64,000 bases of DNA from Aquificaceae bacterium (GCA_037925075.1 JAXSNR010000001.1:352001-416000), one strand, 5' to 3'; positions 50,324 through 59,887 are shown, numbered from the stretch's first letter. Made by a program: numbers and translations. Notes: generated by a model from the sequence alone, not told the origin.

Positions 50324-50925
50324 GGTGGGGTTACTTCTGGCACCGGTGGCCGTTCTGGCTCCCTTATGAGTGGTGTTTGAGTCTCGGTAGGTATGCTAAC
50401 ATTCTTAACAGCTTCAGAAGTGGCAACATAACCAGCGCCCGGCGTAGCTACAAAGCTCACGTTAGGATTGTTTATTGGCAGTATTTGGACTGCCCCCGTG
50501 AAAACTACTACCAGTGTAGCTGTGGGGCTCACATCAACCAAAAAGGTTGTACCCTTGACACCAAGTATGGCGGTAGGCGTCCTAACCTCAAAGCCTTCGC
50601 CTGATTTCAATTTAGTGACTTCAAACAAAACCCTACCGCGTGTGACATTTATGGTTTTCTTGGTCTGATAGTCTATCACATCAAGCCTTGTAAGTGGTCC
50701 AAGCTCCACATTGTTACCATCTATGAAAGAAATCTTTGCCGTGCCGTCGCTTTTTGTCCTTAGTACATCCCCCACAGAAAGTGCAACATCCGCCTGAGTT
50801 AGAGGCTGGGGTCTGACCTGACCCTTCTGTAGCTTGTCTACCTTGCCACTGAAGCTATCCACCTTGCCCACATCAAGTGCAAAGGAATACCAAATTACTA
50901 CAAGTAGAAGCAAAATACCTATCAT
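50311..50925 (-). CDS. FecR-domain periplasmic protein
   Basis: Signal peptide; GDVLRT; F.DG..VELGP.T; FEVRTPTAILGVKGTTF; start set at ATG 50925. Confidence 0.88.
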   Translation of the reverse strand: MIGILLLLVVIWYSFALDVGKVDSFSGKVDKLQKGQVRPQPLTQADVALSVGDVLRTKSDGTAKISFIDGNNVELGPLTRLDVIDYQTKKTINVTRGRVLFEVTKLKSGEGFEVRTPTAILGVKGTTFLVDVSPTATLVVVFTGAVQILPINNPNVSFVATPGAGYVATSEAVKNVSIPTETQTPLIREPERPPVPEVTPPCVR

Positions 50926-50942
50926 GGCACATGCCTCGCAAA

Positions 50943-51105
50943 CCAGAGTGTACATAATTGCACTCTGGGCTGGGGGATTTGTATCCCGCCTTTTTAAGTT
51001 GGCTCAGTCCCCAGCCGGCGGTATTTGAGCCAACTGTAGCTAAAAAGTCCTTCCTCTTTTGTCCTCTGAAAAGCCCCCTTAGAGCTTTCCAGTGTTCGCC
51101 CTTTG
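50943..51105. ncRNA. Candidate structured RNA/DNA element (multiple hairpins, pseudoknot potential); family unknown
   Basis: Perfect stems 50943-50950/50961-50968 and 50997-51006/51026-51035; loop segments complementary to 50968-50975 and 50986-50990. Confidence 0.4.
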
Positions 51106-51146
51106 GATCCACAGCATGATACCTCCCAGTAAAAATATAATACTCT

Positions 51147-53078
51147 CTATGTTAGAATTTTACTAACATCTTCAAACCTCTGACAGCTTTGACCTTCGCA
51201 AACCACAAGCCCATCCACTTCAGATTTGAGAACAAACTTAAAGGGTCTAAAAAGCCTGAGTGCCTCTTCAAAAAAGTCCCTTGTCTCCACCTTGTATATG
51301 CCCTTCAGATAGGCGTAAAGGCTAATAAGATAGGAATGAGACACCATTGGAACTTCTCCGACAAACCTTGAAAAAGCCTGAAGCGTCTTTTCCGCATAGT
51401 CTATGAAGGTGCCATCTCCTGTAAGACTTCCCAAAAGTAAAAGCGTGTAGCCTGCGGAGCCATTCACCGACTGGGTAGGCGTATCTTGTAGGTTTTTTAG
51501 CCTTATGCTTAAAAGTCCATTGCCCGTTTTTGCTGTGTCATAAAAGCCCCAGTCCCTTTTGTCCCAGAAAAGCTCTATAGCCCTTTTTGTTATCTCCACA
51601 GAAAGCTCAAGATACCTTTTCTCTTGGGTGAGTTCAAAAAAGGAAAGAAGAGCTTGTGCCAAGAAAAGGTAGTCTTCGGAAAAGCTTTCAACTCCTTCCT
51701 TGTGCAAAAGCACGCCATCCTTGTAGTGTGTTGCCAAAAGTCTTTCTGCGGTCTTCTTTGCGGAATTTAAAGCCCAACCATCTGAGAAAACCTTCCAGTA
51801 ATCACACATGGCGGATATCATAAGAGCGTTCCAGTTTGTGTATAGGGTCTTGTCTATGTAAGGCGTTTGTCTTTTTTCCCTGTGTTGAAGAAGCTTAGCC
51901 TTTGACAAGTTTAAAAGCCTTTTAGCTTCTTCAAGCTCAATCCCGGTAGCCTTTGAGACCTCTTCTTCCTCCATGTTTATGTAAAGCACCTTCTTTTCAG
52001 TTTCGTGTGGCATGCTTGCAAGGCCAAAGTGAATACTAAAAACCCTTATCTCTTCAGGACTCAAAAGACTCTCAATTTCCTTCCGGGTAAAGGTGTAATA
52101 TCCTCCTTCCTCCAACACTCCTATATCTGCATCTTGAGAGGCGTAAAAGCCACCTTCTGGGTCATAGCCATAAAGCCTGTAGTAGCGCACTATGCCTTCG
52201 GCGGTCCTTCTGTAAAGTTCCTTACCAAAGACCTTGTAAGCTATTGAGTACAGGCTAAGGAGTTCTGCGTTATCGTACAGCATCTTTTCAAAATGGGGTA
52301 TGTGCCATTTTTCGTCGGTGGAATACCTAAAAAAGCCACCAAGAAGATGGTCATAAACTCCACCTTTAGCCATGGCGTCAAGGGAGCTTATGATGGCTTT
52401 TTGCAAAAGCGGTGATGGAGAAAAGTGGTTGTGATAGATGAGAAGCTCAAAGGCTTTTGCATGATGAAACTTGGGTGCGGATCCTACACCTCCCCATTGG
52501 TAGTCTATGCTGGCAAGGAGTGTAGATATTCCCTTCTGGAGGAGTCCTTCATCTACGAAGTCCTTAAAGCTTTGCCTACTGTAGTTTATAAGGCTTTCGT
52601 ATATGCTTTCCGCTGACCTCAGAATTCGCTGTCTATCCTCTTTCCAAAGCTGGGCTATTCTCAAAAGCAGGCTCTTAAAGCCCGGTCTTCCCCAACGGTC
52701 CTCAGGTGGAAAGTAGGTACCACCAAAAAAGGCTTTTCCATCAGGAGTTAGAAATACAGTCAAAGGCCATCCTCCAGAGTTTGTAAGGGCTATAACCACC
52801 TCCTGATATCTCCTGTCCACATCGGGGCGTTCATCTCTGTCCACCTTTATGGGAACAAAGTTTTCGTTTATTATCTTTGCAATCTCTGGGTTTTCAAAGC
52901 TTTCGTGAGCCATCACATGGCACCAGTGGCACCAAACTCCACCTATGGACAACAAAATAGGCTTGTCCTCTTCCTTAGCCCTTTGAAAGGCTTCCTCCGA
53001 CCACTCATACCAATCCACCGGTTGATAGGCAGACTTTTGCAAATAGGGACTTTTTGAGTTTATAAGTCTGTTGGGCAT
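51147..53078 (-). CDS. YyaL/DUF255 thioredoxin-domain protein with glycosidase-like helical domain
   Basis: NRL...SPYL; WCHWCHVMAHESF; IKVDRDERPD; GGWPL; PHFEKMLYDNA. Confidence 0.93.
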   Translation of the reverse strand: MPNRLINSKSPYLQKSAYQPVDWYEWSEEAFQRAKEEDKPILLSIGGVWCHWCHVMAHESFENPEIAKIINENFVPIKVDRDERPDVDRRYQEVVIALTNSGGWPLTVFLTPDGKAFFGGTYFPPEDRWGRPGFKSLLLRIAQLWKEDRQRILRSAESIYESLINYSRQSFKDFVDEGLLQKGISTLLASIDYQWGGVGSAPKFHHAKAFELLIYHNHFSPSPLLQKAIISSLDAMAKGGVYDHLLGGFFRYSTDEKWHIPHFEKMLYDNAELLSLYSIAYKVFGKELYRRTAEGIVRYYRLYGYDPEGGFYASQDADIGVLEEGGYYTFTRKEIESLLSPEEIRVFSIHFGLASMPHETEKKVLYINMEEEEVSKATGIELEEAKRLLNLSKAKLLQHREKRQTPYIDKTLYTNWNALMISAMCDYWKVFSDGWALNSAKKTAERLLATHYKDGVLLHKEGVESFSEDYLFLAQALLSFFELTQEKRYLELSVEITKRAIELFWDKRDWGFYDTAKTGNGLLSIRLKNLQDTPTQSVNGSAGYTLLLLGSLTGDGTFIDYAEKTLQAFSRFVGEVPMVSHSYLISLYAYLKGIYKVETRDFFEEALRLFRPFKFVLKSEVDGLVVCEGQSCQRFEDVSKILT

Positions 53079-53145
53079 AGTTTCCTCCTGTAATAAATTT
53101 AGACTCTTGTTAAAGGCTCAGTGTGAGTAAGCTCAGCTTTGTGGA

Positions 53146-53613
53146 TTACTGAAGCATGTAATCGTAGTTAACCTTCCAAGTTTTTCCCTTATCATCTTTT
53201 ATATAGATGTTTATGGAGTAAAGCCCCTTCTCTTCCATCTGAAACCATCCCCCAAAGTTATCACCATGTGTGTGAGGGTACTTATGAAGCTCCCTTCTTT
53301 GAGCCCTTAGTATGGGAGACCTAACTTCCGCCTCAACCTTAAAGTTTGAAAGATAGACTATCTTGTCCCCTTCCTTTTTCCATACGGCTACAGCCAAGTG
53401 ATGGGTGTCGTGTTTCGTGGGTACGCCGTGATGCTTTTCAAGAAGATTGTAAGCCCTTGGAAAGGTTTTCTTGAGTTCCTCAATACTCACCACGCCTATG
53501 CTTACATTAAAGCTTTCAAGCCTTTTGGTAAGCGGTGTCTTTATAAGTACCTCCTCTTCCTGAGCAAGGGATAAGACCACAAGCGTAAAAAGTATTAGCA
53601 TGTATCTTAGCAT
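53146..53613 (-). CDS. Secreted His-rich hypothetical protein, possibly metal-binding
   Basis: Signal peptide; HHGVPTKHDTHHL and HKYPHTHG; strong SD before ATG 53613. Confidence 0.7.
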   Translation of the reverse strand: MLRYMLILFTLVVLSLAQEEEVLIKTPLTKRLESFNVSIGVVSIEELKKTFPRAYNLLEKHHGVPTKHDTHHLAVAVWKKEGDKIVYLSNFKVEAEVRSPILRAQRRELHKYPHTHGDNFGGWFQMEEKGLYSINIYIKDDKGKTWKVNYDYMLQ

Positions 53614-53705
53614 TTTCCTCACCTCCTCCTATTTAGAATAGGAAAACACCACTCAAGAGGCAATTAGATGTATTTAAAGGGTGGATAAGCATATCTTATA
53701 TTCCT

Positions 53706-54986
53706 ATGCGTATAAATCTTTTGCCAGAAGAAGTGAAAAATCGTATAGCTTCTGGGGAAGTAATAGAGGGGCCTGCGGAGTGTGTCAAAGAGCTCATAGA
53801 AAATTCCCTTGATGCAGGTGCCACCCTTGTTGAGGTGGAGATAACAAAGGGGGGTAAAAGGTACATAGGTGTGCGGGACAATGGCGTGGGAATACCTTCG
53901 GAGGACATCAATAAGGCAGTTATGAGCGGAGCAACGAGTAAACTAATAAGCATAGAAGACCTTCAAAGCCTCTCCACTTACGGCTTTAGAGGTGAAGCCC
54001 TTCATGCCATCAGTCTTGTAAGCAAAATGGTGCTCAGGTCAAGGTTCTTCCAAGAAGAAGTGGGCAAGGAGATAAGGTTAGAAGGTGGTAGGGTGGTAAG
54101 CGAGAGAGCGGTCGGCATGTCCGTAGGGACACATGTGGAGGTGTACGATCTCTTTTACAACATGCCTGTAAGGGGTGCCTTCCTTGGCAGAGAAGACACA
54201 GAAAGGAGGAAAGTATACAGGGTACTCAAAGCCCTTGCACTGGCAAACCCAAAGACCTCCTTTCGCCTAAGGGCAGAGGGAAGAGAAATATACCACCTAA
54301 AGCCTGCACAAAACATAAAAGAAAGAGCAGAAGAACTTTTCCAAACCAAACTGGAACATATAACAAGGGAAGAAGGTCCTTTTAGGGTTGACCTCCTGAT
54401 TTCGGTAGATGGAAGAGGAAAAGACTTTTTCCTCTTCGTAAACGGAAGACCAGTGCAGAATAAAGGCCTCTCTGAACACATCAGGAAGATATATGGCAGA
54501 GTGGGTCTTCTTCTGTGCTATGTGTATCTTCCCCCATACCTTTTAGACATAAACATTCATCCAAAGAAAACAGAGGTAAAAATTTTAAAAGAAGGTAAGA
54601 TAAGGTCCATAATAAAGTCTTCCTTTGAGCTTAGACACAGCTATAGTCCTGCTCTGCTCCGTCAAAGAGGAAAGGAATACAAAATAGAACCAGAGCTTAT
54701 TGGTATAATAGATAACACTATAATCGTGGCAAAGTTTGGAGAGTATCTGTATTTCTTTGACCAGCATCTTCTTTCTGAAAGATACAACTATGAAGTTCTC
54801 AAAATGGACGCGGAAAAAGCGTGTAGGTTATCCATAAAGGCTGGAGACAAGCTTGATGAAAGGAGGGCAAAGGACCTTTTGAACCTGTGGCTATCCTTTG
54901 AAAACAAGGAAACATGCCCTCACGGCAGACCACTATACTACAGAATTTATCTTGGTGAGATTTACAAAAGACTACAAAGGAGCTGA
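53706..54986 (+). CDS. mutL: DNA mismatch repair endonuclease MutL (short Aquificae-type)
   Basis: [46 protein letters not shown]. Confidence 0.95.
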   Translation: MRINLLPEEVKNRIASGEVIEGPAECVKELIENSLDAGATLVEVEITKGGKRYIGVRDNGVGIPSEDINKAVMSGATSKLISIEDLQSLSTYGFRGEALHAISLVSKMVLRSRFFQEEVGKEIRLEGGRVVSERAVGMSVGTHVEVYDLFYNMPVRGAFLGREDTERRKVYRVLKALALANPKTSFRLRAEGREIYHLKPAQNIKERAEELFQTKLEHITREEGPFRVDLLISVDGRGKDFFLFVNGRPVQNKGLSEHIRKIYGRVGLLLCYVYLPPYLLDINIHPKKTEVKILKEGKIRSIIKSSFELRHSYSPALLRQRGKEYKIEPELIGIIDNTIIVAKFGEYLYFFDQHLLSERYNYEVLKMDAEKACRLSIKAGDKLDERRAKDLLNLWLSFENKETCPHGRPLYYRIYLGEIYKRLQRS

Positions 54987-54987
54987 T

Positions 54988-55749
54988 ATGTTAGCAAAGA
55001 GGATAATACCCTGTCTTGATGTGGACAAGGGAAGGGTTGTCAAAGGTGTAAGGTTTGTAAACCTTGTGGATGCAGGGGATCCGGTGGAAGTAGCCATAGC
55101 CTACGAAGAGCAAGGTGCGGACGAGCTGGTCTTTCTTGATATAACCGCCTCCGCGGAAGACAGGAGGATAACCCTTGAAGTGGTGAAAAAAGTGGCCGAG
55201 AATGTTTTTATGCCCTTTACCGTCGGCGGTGGCATTTCAAGCCTTGAGGATATGAGAAGATTATTAGAAGCGGGTGCGGACAAGGTTTCCATAAATACCT
55301 CCGCGGTTAAAAACCCTCAGCTTGTCTACGAAGGGGCAAAAAGGTTTGGCTCTCAGTGTATTGTGGTGGCAATAGATGCAAAAAGAAGGGGTAACGGCTG
55401 GGAAGTTTATATACACGGTGGTAGAACTCCTACGGGGCTTGATGTGGTTGAGTGGGCAAAGAGGGTAGAGGGTTTGGGTGCCGGTGAAATACTTCTTACC
55501 TCCATGGACAAGGACGGTACAAAGTCTGGGTACGACATAGAACTAACAAGGGCAGTCTCTGAAGTGGTAAATATACCCGTTATAGCTTCAGGAGGTGCTG
55601 GCTCTATGGAGCACTTTTATGAAGGCTTTGTGGTTGGTGGAGCGGATGCTTGCCTTGCAGCTTCCCTATTTCATTTTAAGGAAATAACCATACCTGGCCT
55701 GAAAGCCTACCTTGCTTCAAGGGGTGTGCCTGTAAGACTTTCTGCATAA
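54988..55749 (+). CDS. hisF: Imidazole glycerol phosphate synthase cyclase subunit
   Basis: [40 protein letters not shown]. Confidence 0.98.
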   Translation: MLAKRIIPCLDVDKGRVVKGVRFVNLVDAGDPVEVAIAYEEQGADELVFLDITASAEDRRITLEVVKKVAENVFMPFTVGGGISSLEDMRRLLEAGADKVSINTSAVKNPQLVYEGAKRFGSQCIVVAIDAKRRGNGWEVYIHGGRTPTGLDVVEWAKRVEGLGAGEILLTSMDKDGTKSGYDIELTRAVSEVVNIPVIASGGAGSMEHFYEGFVVGGADACLAASLFHFKEITIPGLKAYLASRGVPVRLSA

Positions 55750-56435
55750 TGGTATTCATCAAGACAGGCAAGGTTTCTGCTTAAGAAAAGTCTTACCACA
55801 CTCATGGCTCTTTCTTTTGCTATTCTTTCGTTTATACGGATTTTGCCCACCGAGTCCGCATAGCCTTTTACTCTTATCTTATATTCTTCACCATAGGGCA
55901 GCAAACTTGTCTCTAACATCAACCTTTCAATAAATTGTCTGCTTAGCGTAAGCTTACCTATGGGGAATTGAAAGCTATACCTTTGATTTTACACTGTATT
56001 CAAACTGTAGCTGTTCGCCTGCGTATATAACCGGAGCACCTATGTAAAGATTTCCTCCTTCTATCTTGTAAGGAGCGGTTATAAAGTCCTCCACTATAAG
56101 AGGATTTCTGGACAGCACACGCCTTGCCCTTACTAAGCCTTCAAAACTACCTTCAAGCCTATGGGAGATAACTACATCTCTTATTGGTTCATTGCTTTTG
56201 TTAATCACCTCAACCTTTACTACGCCTTATAAGACAACCTGCTATCTGGTAAAACACTGCTTACCTTTTCTATTTTCACTATATCCACATCCACCCTTCT
56301 GTACTCTCTACCCACCTTTGGAGAAACCTCGTAGCTCCAAGAGATTTTGGGCAAACTAACAGGGCATGAAAGAGATGGTGTAGCCACAATTAAGGAACTT
56401 AGAAGGGCTATAAATTTAAAAACTTTTCCATCCAT
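55707..56435 (-). pseudogene. Fragmented secreted OmpA/MotB-C-domain protein (three pieces, two frameshifts)
   Basis: Signal-peptide fragment 56435-56220; middle fragment joins with +1 A near 56230 (YKGVVKVEVINKSNEP); last fragment has FPIGK...VKGYADSVG...NERIAKERAMSV. Confidence 0.7.
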
Positions 56436-56476
56436 CCACCCTTAGATTTTATATCACAAAAATGTTGTGTCAAGCT

Positions 56477-56506
56477 TCTAAAAGGGGGCAAGAAGCCCCC
56501 TTTAGA
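56477..56506 (-). terminator. Rho-independent terminator of the por operon
   Basis: Hairpin AAAGGGGGC-aagaa-GCCCCCTTT with TTTT on the minus strand, just after the porG stop. Confidence 0.75.
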
Positions 56507-56510
56507 TTTC

Positions 56511-57224
56511 TCATGCTATTACCTTTTTGGGTGGGGGTGGTAAAAAGGGTTCAAGGCCTTGCTCTTGTGCCCACCTTTGGGCAAGCTCGTAGGCTGCCTT
56601 TGCAGTGTTGAGGTTTTTTTCTATTAGCTCTAACTTCTTTTTAAACTTCCTCTCGAGGGCAGAGTCAAGGGATGCTGTACCTCCTGAAGCCACAAACTTT
56701 TTGAGAAACCTTGATTTTATACCTTCCTCTATAGCCTCAACTCCCACTGCACCTATGGTTCCAAAAAGGGCACCTATCATCGCCATGTTTGTGGAAAGCT
56801 CTGTACCTGCTATATCTATGGCAAACTTGGTCGCGGGAAAGTTAAAGACCTTTACTTCAAGCTCCTCAAGCCTTTCCTTATCTTCTTCTGTAAGAAGGTC
56901 TTCCTCTGTGTTTATTATAATTAGCCCCTTTCTCTTTATTCCCGAGTAGAAGGGCATGGTATAGGACTTGCCCATGGTTATAACCTGAGGATGAAAAACC
57001 ATAATAACGTCCGGATAGACAACTTCTCCTCTATCGTATATAGGCTCTGTGCCTATGCGTGCATAACTTTCTGCTGGTGCCATCCTTTTTTCCGCACCGA
57101 AGAATGGGTTGGAAACCGCATAGTAGCCTTCGTAGTCTGCAGCTGTGGCTATTATATGAGCCGCTGTAACCGCTCCTTGACCACCCAAAGCTGGCATTCT
57201 TATGTTTACCCTTCTCCTCTTCAT
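56511..57224 (-). CDS. porG: Pyruvate:ferredoxin oxidoreductase gamma subunit
   Basis: GGQGAVTAA; FGAEKRMAP; NMAMIGA. Confidence 0.88.
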   Translation of the reverse strand: MKRRRVNIRMPALGGQGAVTAAHIIATAADYEGYYAVSNPFFGAEKRMAPAESYARIGTEPIYDRGEVVYPDVIMVFHPQVITMGKSYTMPFYSGIKRKGLIIINTEEDLLTEEDKERLEELEVKVFNFPATKFAIDIAGTELSTNMAMIGALFGTIGAVGVEAIEEGIKSRFLKKFVASGGTASLDSALERKFKKKLELIEKNLNTAKAAYELAQRWAQEQGLEPFLPPPPKKVIA

Positions 57225-58081
57225 AGCAATCCTTCCTCCTTCTTCCTGTTTATAACCTCCTCTGCTTGAGGTGAGGCATATTCAAAGAAGGTAAACCTCT
57301 CCTTGTCCCTTTGCCTCATCTCATCAAGAGCATCATCTGAATTTAGCCCTATCTCAAGTATGCATGGAGTATAGAGATGTACATAGGTGGGTCCCACCTC
57401 TCTTGCCACGTATATGGCTTTCTTAATAACCGTTTCCACCCTCTTGGGAGAAGACACGGTAAGCCTTGCCACATAGTGGCATCCTGAATCTATGGCGAGT
57501 TGCCACATGGGAACCTTATCCCACTGTTTACCCTTTGGTGCCATCTTAAAGACATGACCTTTCACAGTAAGACCGCTTTCCTGACCGCCTGTATTGGCAT
57601 AAACCTCGTTGTCAAAGCATATGGTGGTTATCTTCTCTTGCCTGAAAAAGGACTGAAGCGTGCAATCAAGACCTATATCAACGGTAGCACCATCTCCTGC
57701 GAGCACTACCACATCCTTTACCTTGTCGGGAAACCTCCACTCAAGCACCCTTTTAATGCCAGAAGCCACCGCATTCTGATTTCCAAAAAGGGAATGGACC
57801 GTATGAAGGGCTATGTGGGGGAAGACCAAGGAGGTGCAACCCGTAGAGTTTATTATTATGGTGTCCTCTGGGTTTGGCAAAGAGGCAAGGATGTACCTAA
57901 GAGCCATAGACTCTGGGCATCCTGCACATAGAGAGTGCTCCTCTATAAGCTCCTTTGAATAAGGGAGGTCCATAACGCCTCTTTTGGGATTGCCCCAAGT
58001 GGCTTTGAACTGCAGGTCCCTTATCTCCTGAGGCATAACATCCAAAAGTTCCTCGTTTATTTCATAGATCTTATATGACAT
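57221..58081 (-). CDS. porB: Pyruvate:ferredoxin oxidoreductase beta subunit (TPP-binding)
   Basis: LCAGC; TGC; GDG...DNEVYANTGGQ; TPC. Confidence 0.9.
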   Translation of the reverse strand: MSYKIYEINEELLDVMPQEIRDLQFKATWGNPKRGVMDLPYSKELIEEHSLCAGCPESMALRYILASLPNPEDTIIINSTGCTSLVFPHIALHTVHSLFGNQNAVASGIKRVLEWRFPDKVKDVVVLAGDGATVDIGLDCTLQSFFRQEKITTICFDNEVYANTGGQESGLTVKGHVFKMAPKGKQWDKVPMWQLAIDSGCHYVARLTVSSPKRVETVIKKAIYVAREVGPTYVHLYTPCILEIGLNSDDALDEMRQRDKERFTFFEYASPQAEEVINRKKEEGLL

Positions 58082-59276
58082 GCTTTACCTCCTTTCCTGT
58101 AAGCTTGATAACTTCCCTTGCTATAACCTCCGCTGGCATGGTCATACCACCAGCTACCCTTGGTGCACCTATAACTTCCGCATCTGAATGACCATATAGA
58201 TACCTTCTTACTTCTCTTTCAAGCCATCCCACCACGTTAAACTCAGGCACAAATATATACTTTGCGTTTTTAACCGCTTGCCTAAGTTCCTCTATGGGGA
58301 AGGGTCTAATAGTTTTTAGCTTTACCACCCTTGCTTTTATGCCCTCCTCTTCAAGAAGCCTGACCGCCTCCTTTGATTGAGCTGATGCAGTACCACACGC
58401 CACAAAGACAATGTCAGCTTCTGGGTCTCCAAACTCTTCTATAAGACCTCTAAGGTAGTGTTTGGCGTAGGGTCTTGACCTTTCAATGGCGGATCTCACC
58501 TCCCACTGCCAACTGGCATGAGTTGCATAGGATATGTAGTTGGACTTCATCACGAATGGGTCTCTAAGAAACCTTCCCGGTGGCACCTCCGCATCTATAA
58601 CAGGCATGGGTGCCCTGTAGGGATTGTAGGGTGGTAGGGCTATATCATCGGGTGGTAGCATTATGGCTTCCCTTGTGTGTGAGACAAAAAAGCCGTCTAT
58701 GGCTGTTATAACCGGCACATGTACATCTGGCTGTTCCGCCACCACAAAGCCTGCCAGTATCATATCAAAAAGGTCTTGAGCGGTTTCCGCATACCATATC
58801 ATGCAACCAGTATCAAGCAAAAAGCCCACTTCAAGGTTGTCTGGCTGAATAGTAAGGGGGGCGTTTACACCCCTTGCCATCAAAACCAACTGCACCGGTA
58901 TCCTTGTACCAGCCCACATGGGAAAGTTTTCAAAAGCCCTCAGAGTTCCGGGTCCTGATGTGGTGGTTATTGTCCTTGCACCAGCCATAGCACAACCTGC
59001 AACCTCAGACATAACGCCAAACTCTGACTCACCTCTAAAATATACACCCACATACCCTTCTACCCAAAGCTCTCCAATAAGGTGTGCCGCCTCTGACTGT
59101 GGAGTTATAGGGTAGGAAACAGACGCATCTACAGAGGCTCTCTTAACCGCCTCCTTTACAGCCTCGGAACCAGTCATAAAGTGCTTGGTTCTGGGAGCCT
59201 CAAAAAGAAGATAGTCGGGCGAGACCACCTTTTGCCCTGCCCTGTTGTATATACAAGTCTCGGTAGCGGTTTGCAT
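58071..59276 (-). CDS. porA: Pyruvate:ferredoxin oxidoreductase alpha subunit
   Basis: YPITPQSE; ESE; TTTSGPG; DGFFVSH; RPFP. Confidence 0.9.
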   Translation of the reverse strand: MQTATETCIYNRAGQKVVSPDYLLFEAPRTKHFMTGSEAVKEAVKRASVDASVSYPITPQSEAAHLIGELWVEGYVGVYFRGESEFGVMSEVAGCAMAGARTITTTSGPGTLRAFENFPMWAGTRIPVQLVLMARGVNAPLTIQPDNLEVGFLLDTGCMIWYAETAQDLFDMILAGFVVAEQPDVHVPVITAIDGFFVSHTREAIMLPPDDIALPPYNPYRAPMPVIDAEVPPGRFLRDPFVMKSNYISYATHASWQWEVRSAIERSRPYAKHYLRGLIEEFGDPEADIVFVACGTASAQSKEAVRLLEEEGIKARVVKLKTIRPFPIEELRQAVKNAKYIFVPEFNVVGWLEREVRRYLYGHSDAEVIGAPRVAGGMTMPAEVIAREVIKLTGKEVKHVI

Positions 59277-59341
59277 AGCCTTACCTCCTTAAAGGTTTGT
59301 TTTAAATTTATAAAAAGCCCACATAAATAAGCTGATTTTTA

Positions 59342-59887
59342 TCACTGGAAAAGCTCCTCCAGTTCTACGCATAGCCCTTCAATAAGTTTTGAGCAAGCCT
59401 TGCCCTTTTCACAAGCAAAGGAGAAAGCCTTGTATTTACCCTCCTCCAAGGTAAGCACCTCAACAATCTTTAATTCTGGAAGCACAAGCCAATACTCCCT
59501 CACGCCATAACTTGCGTATAGCTCCTTCTTTTCCTCCGTGTCCCTTTTATAGGAAAGGGAAGAAACGACCTCCACCACAAGGTCTGGAGCTCCAAAGACG
59601 CCTTTATCTTGCACTATGGACAGGTTTTCCTTTAGTACCACCACAAGGTCAGGTTGGAGAACATCTTTATCTGAGAGCACCACATCTATGGGAGCGTAAA
59701 AAACCTTGCCAAGTGAGCTATCCACTACACTATGGTAGAACTTCACGTATAATCTTCCCGATATTTCCTGATGCCTTACACTCGGTGCGGGCATTTCAAC
59801 GAGCCCCCCTTGGATTATCTCATACCTTTTCTCGTCCTCTATCTTTAGGTATTCTTCATAACTCCAAAGCTTTTCTTGGGTTTTCAT
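59342..59887 (-). CDS. Uma2 family endonuclease (copy 4, between porD and porA)
   Basis: WSYEEY...RYEII.G...MPAP...HQ; QPDL; VEVVS; YGVREYWLV; ATGA overlap with porD stop. Confidence 0.92.
   Translation of the reverse strand: MKTQEKLWSYEEYLKIEDEKRYEIIQGGLVEMPAPSVRHQEISGRLYVKFYHSVVDSSLGKVFYAPIDVVLSDKDVLQPDLVVVLKENLSIVQDKGVFGAPDLVVEVVSSLSYKRDTEEKKELYASYGVREYWLVLPELKIVEVLTLEEGKYKAFSFACEKGKACSKLIEGLCVELEELFQ

Noticed and set aside
51040..51110. c-di-GMP-I riboswitch (GGGCGAAC...GGACAAAAG loosely resembles GGCAAAC...GACGCAAAG)
   Set aside because: No GNRA tetraloop/receptor pair or recognisable second stem; similarity is too weak to call without a covariance model search.
53706..54986. Truncated or pseudogene mutL
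   Set aside because: The ATPase and endonuclease motifs (DQH..ER, CPHGRP) are intact; a ~425-aa MutL is normal for Aquificae.
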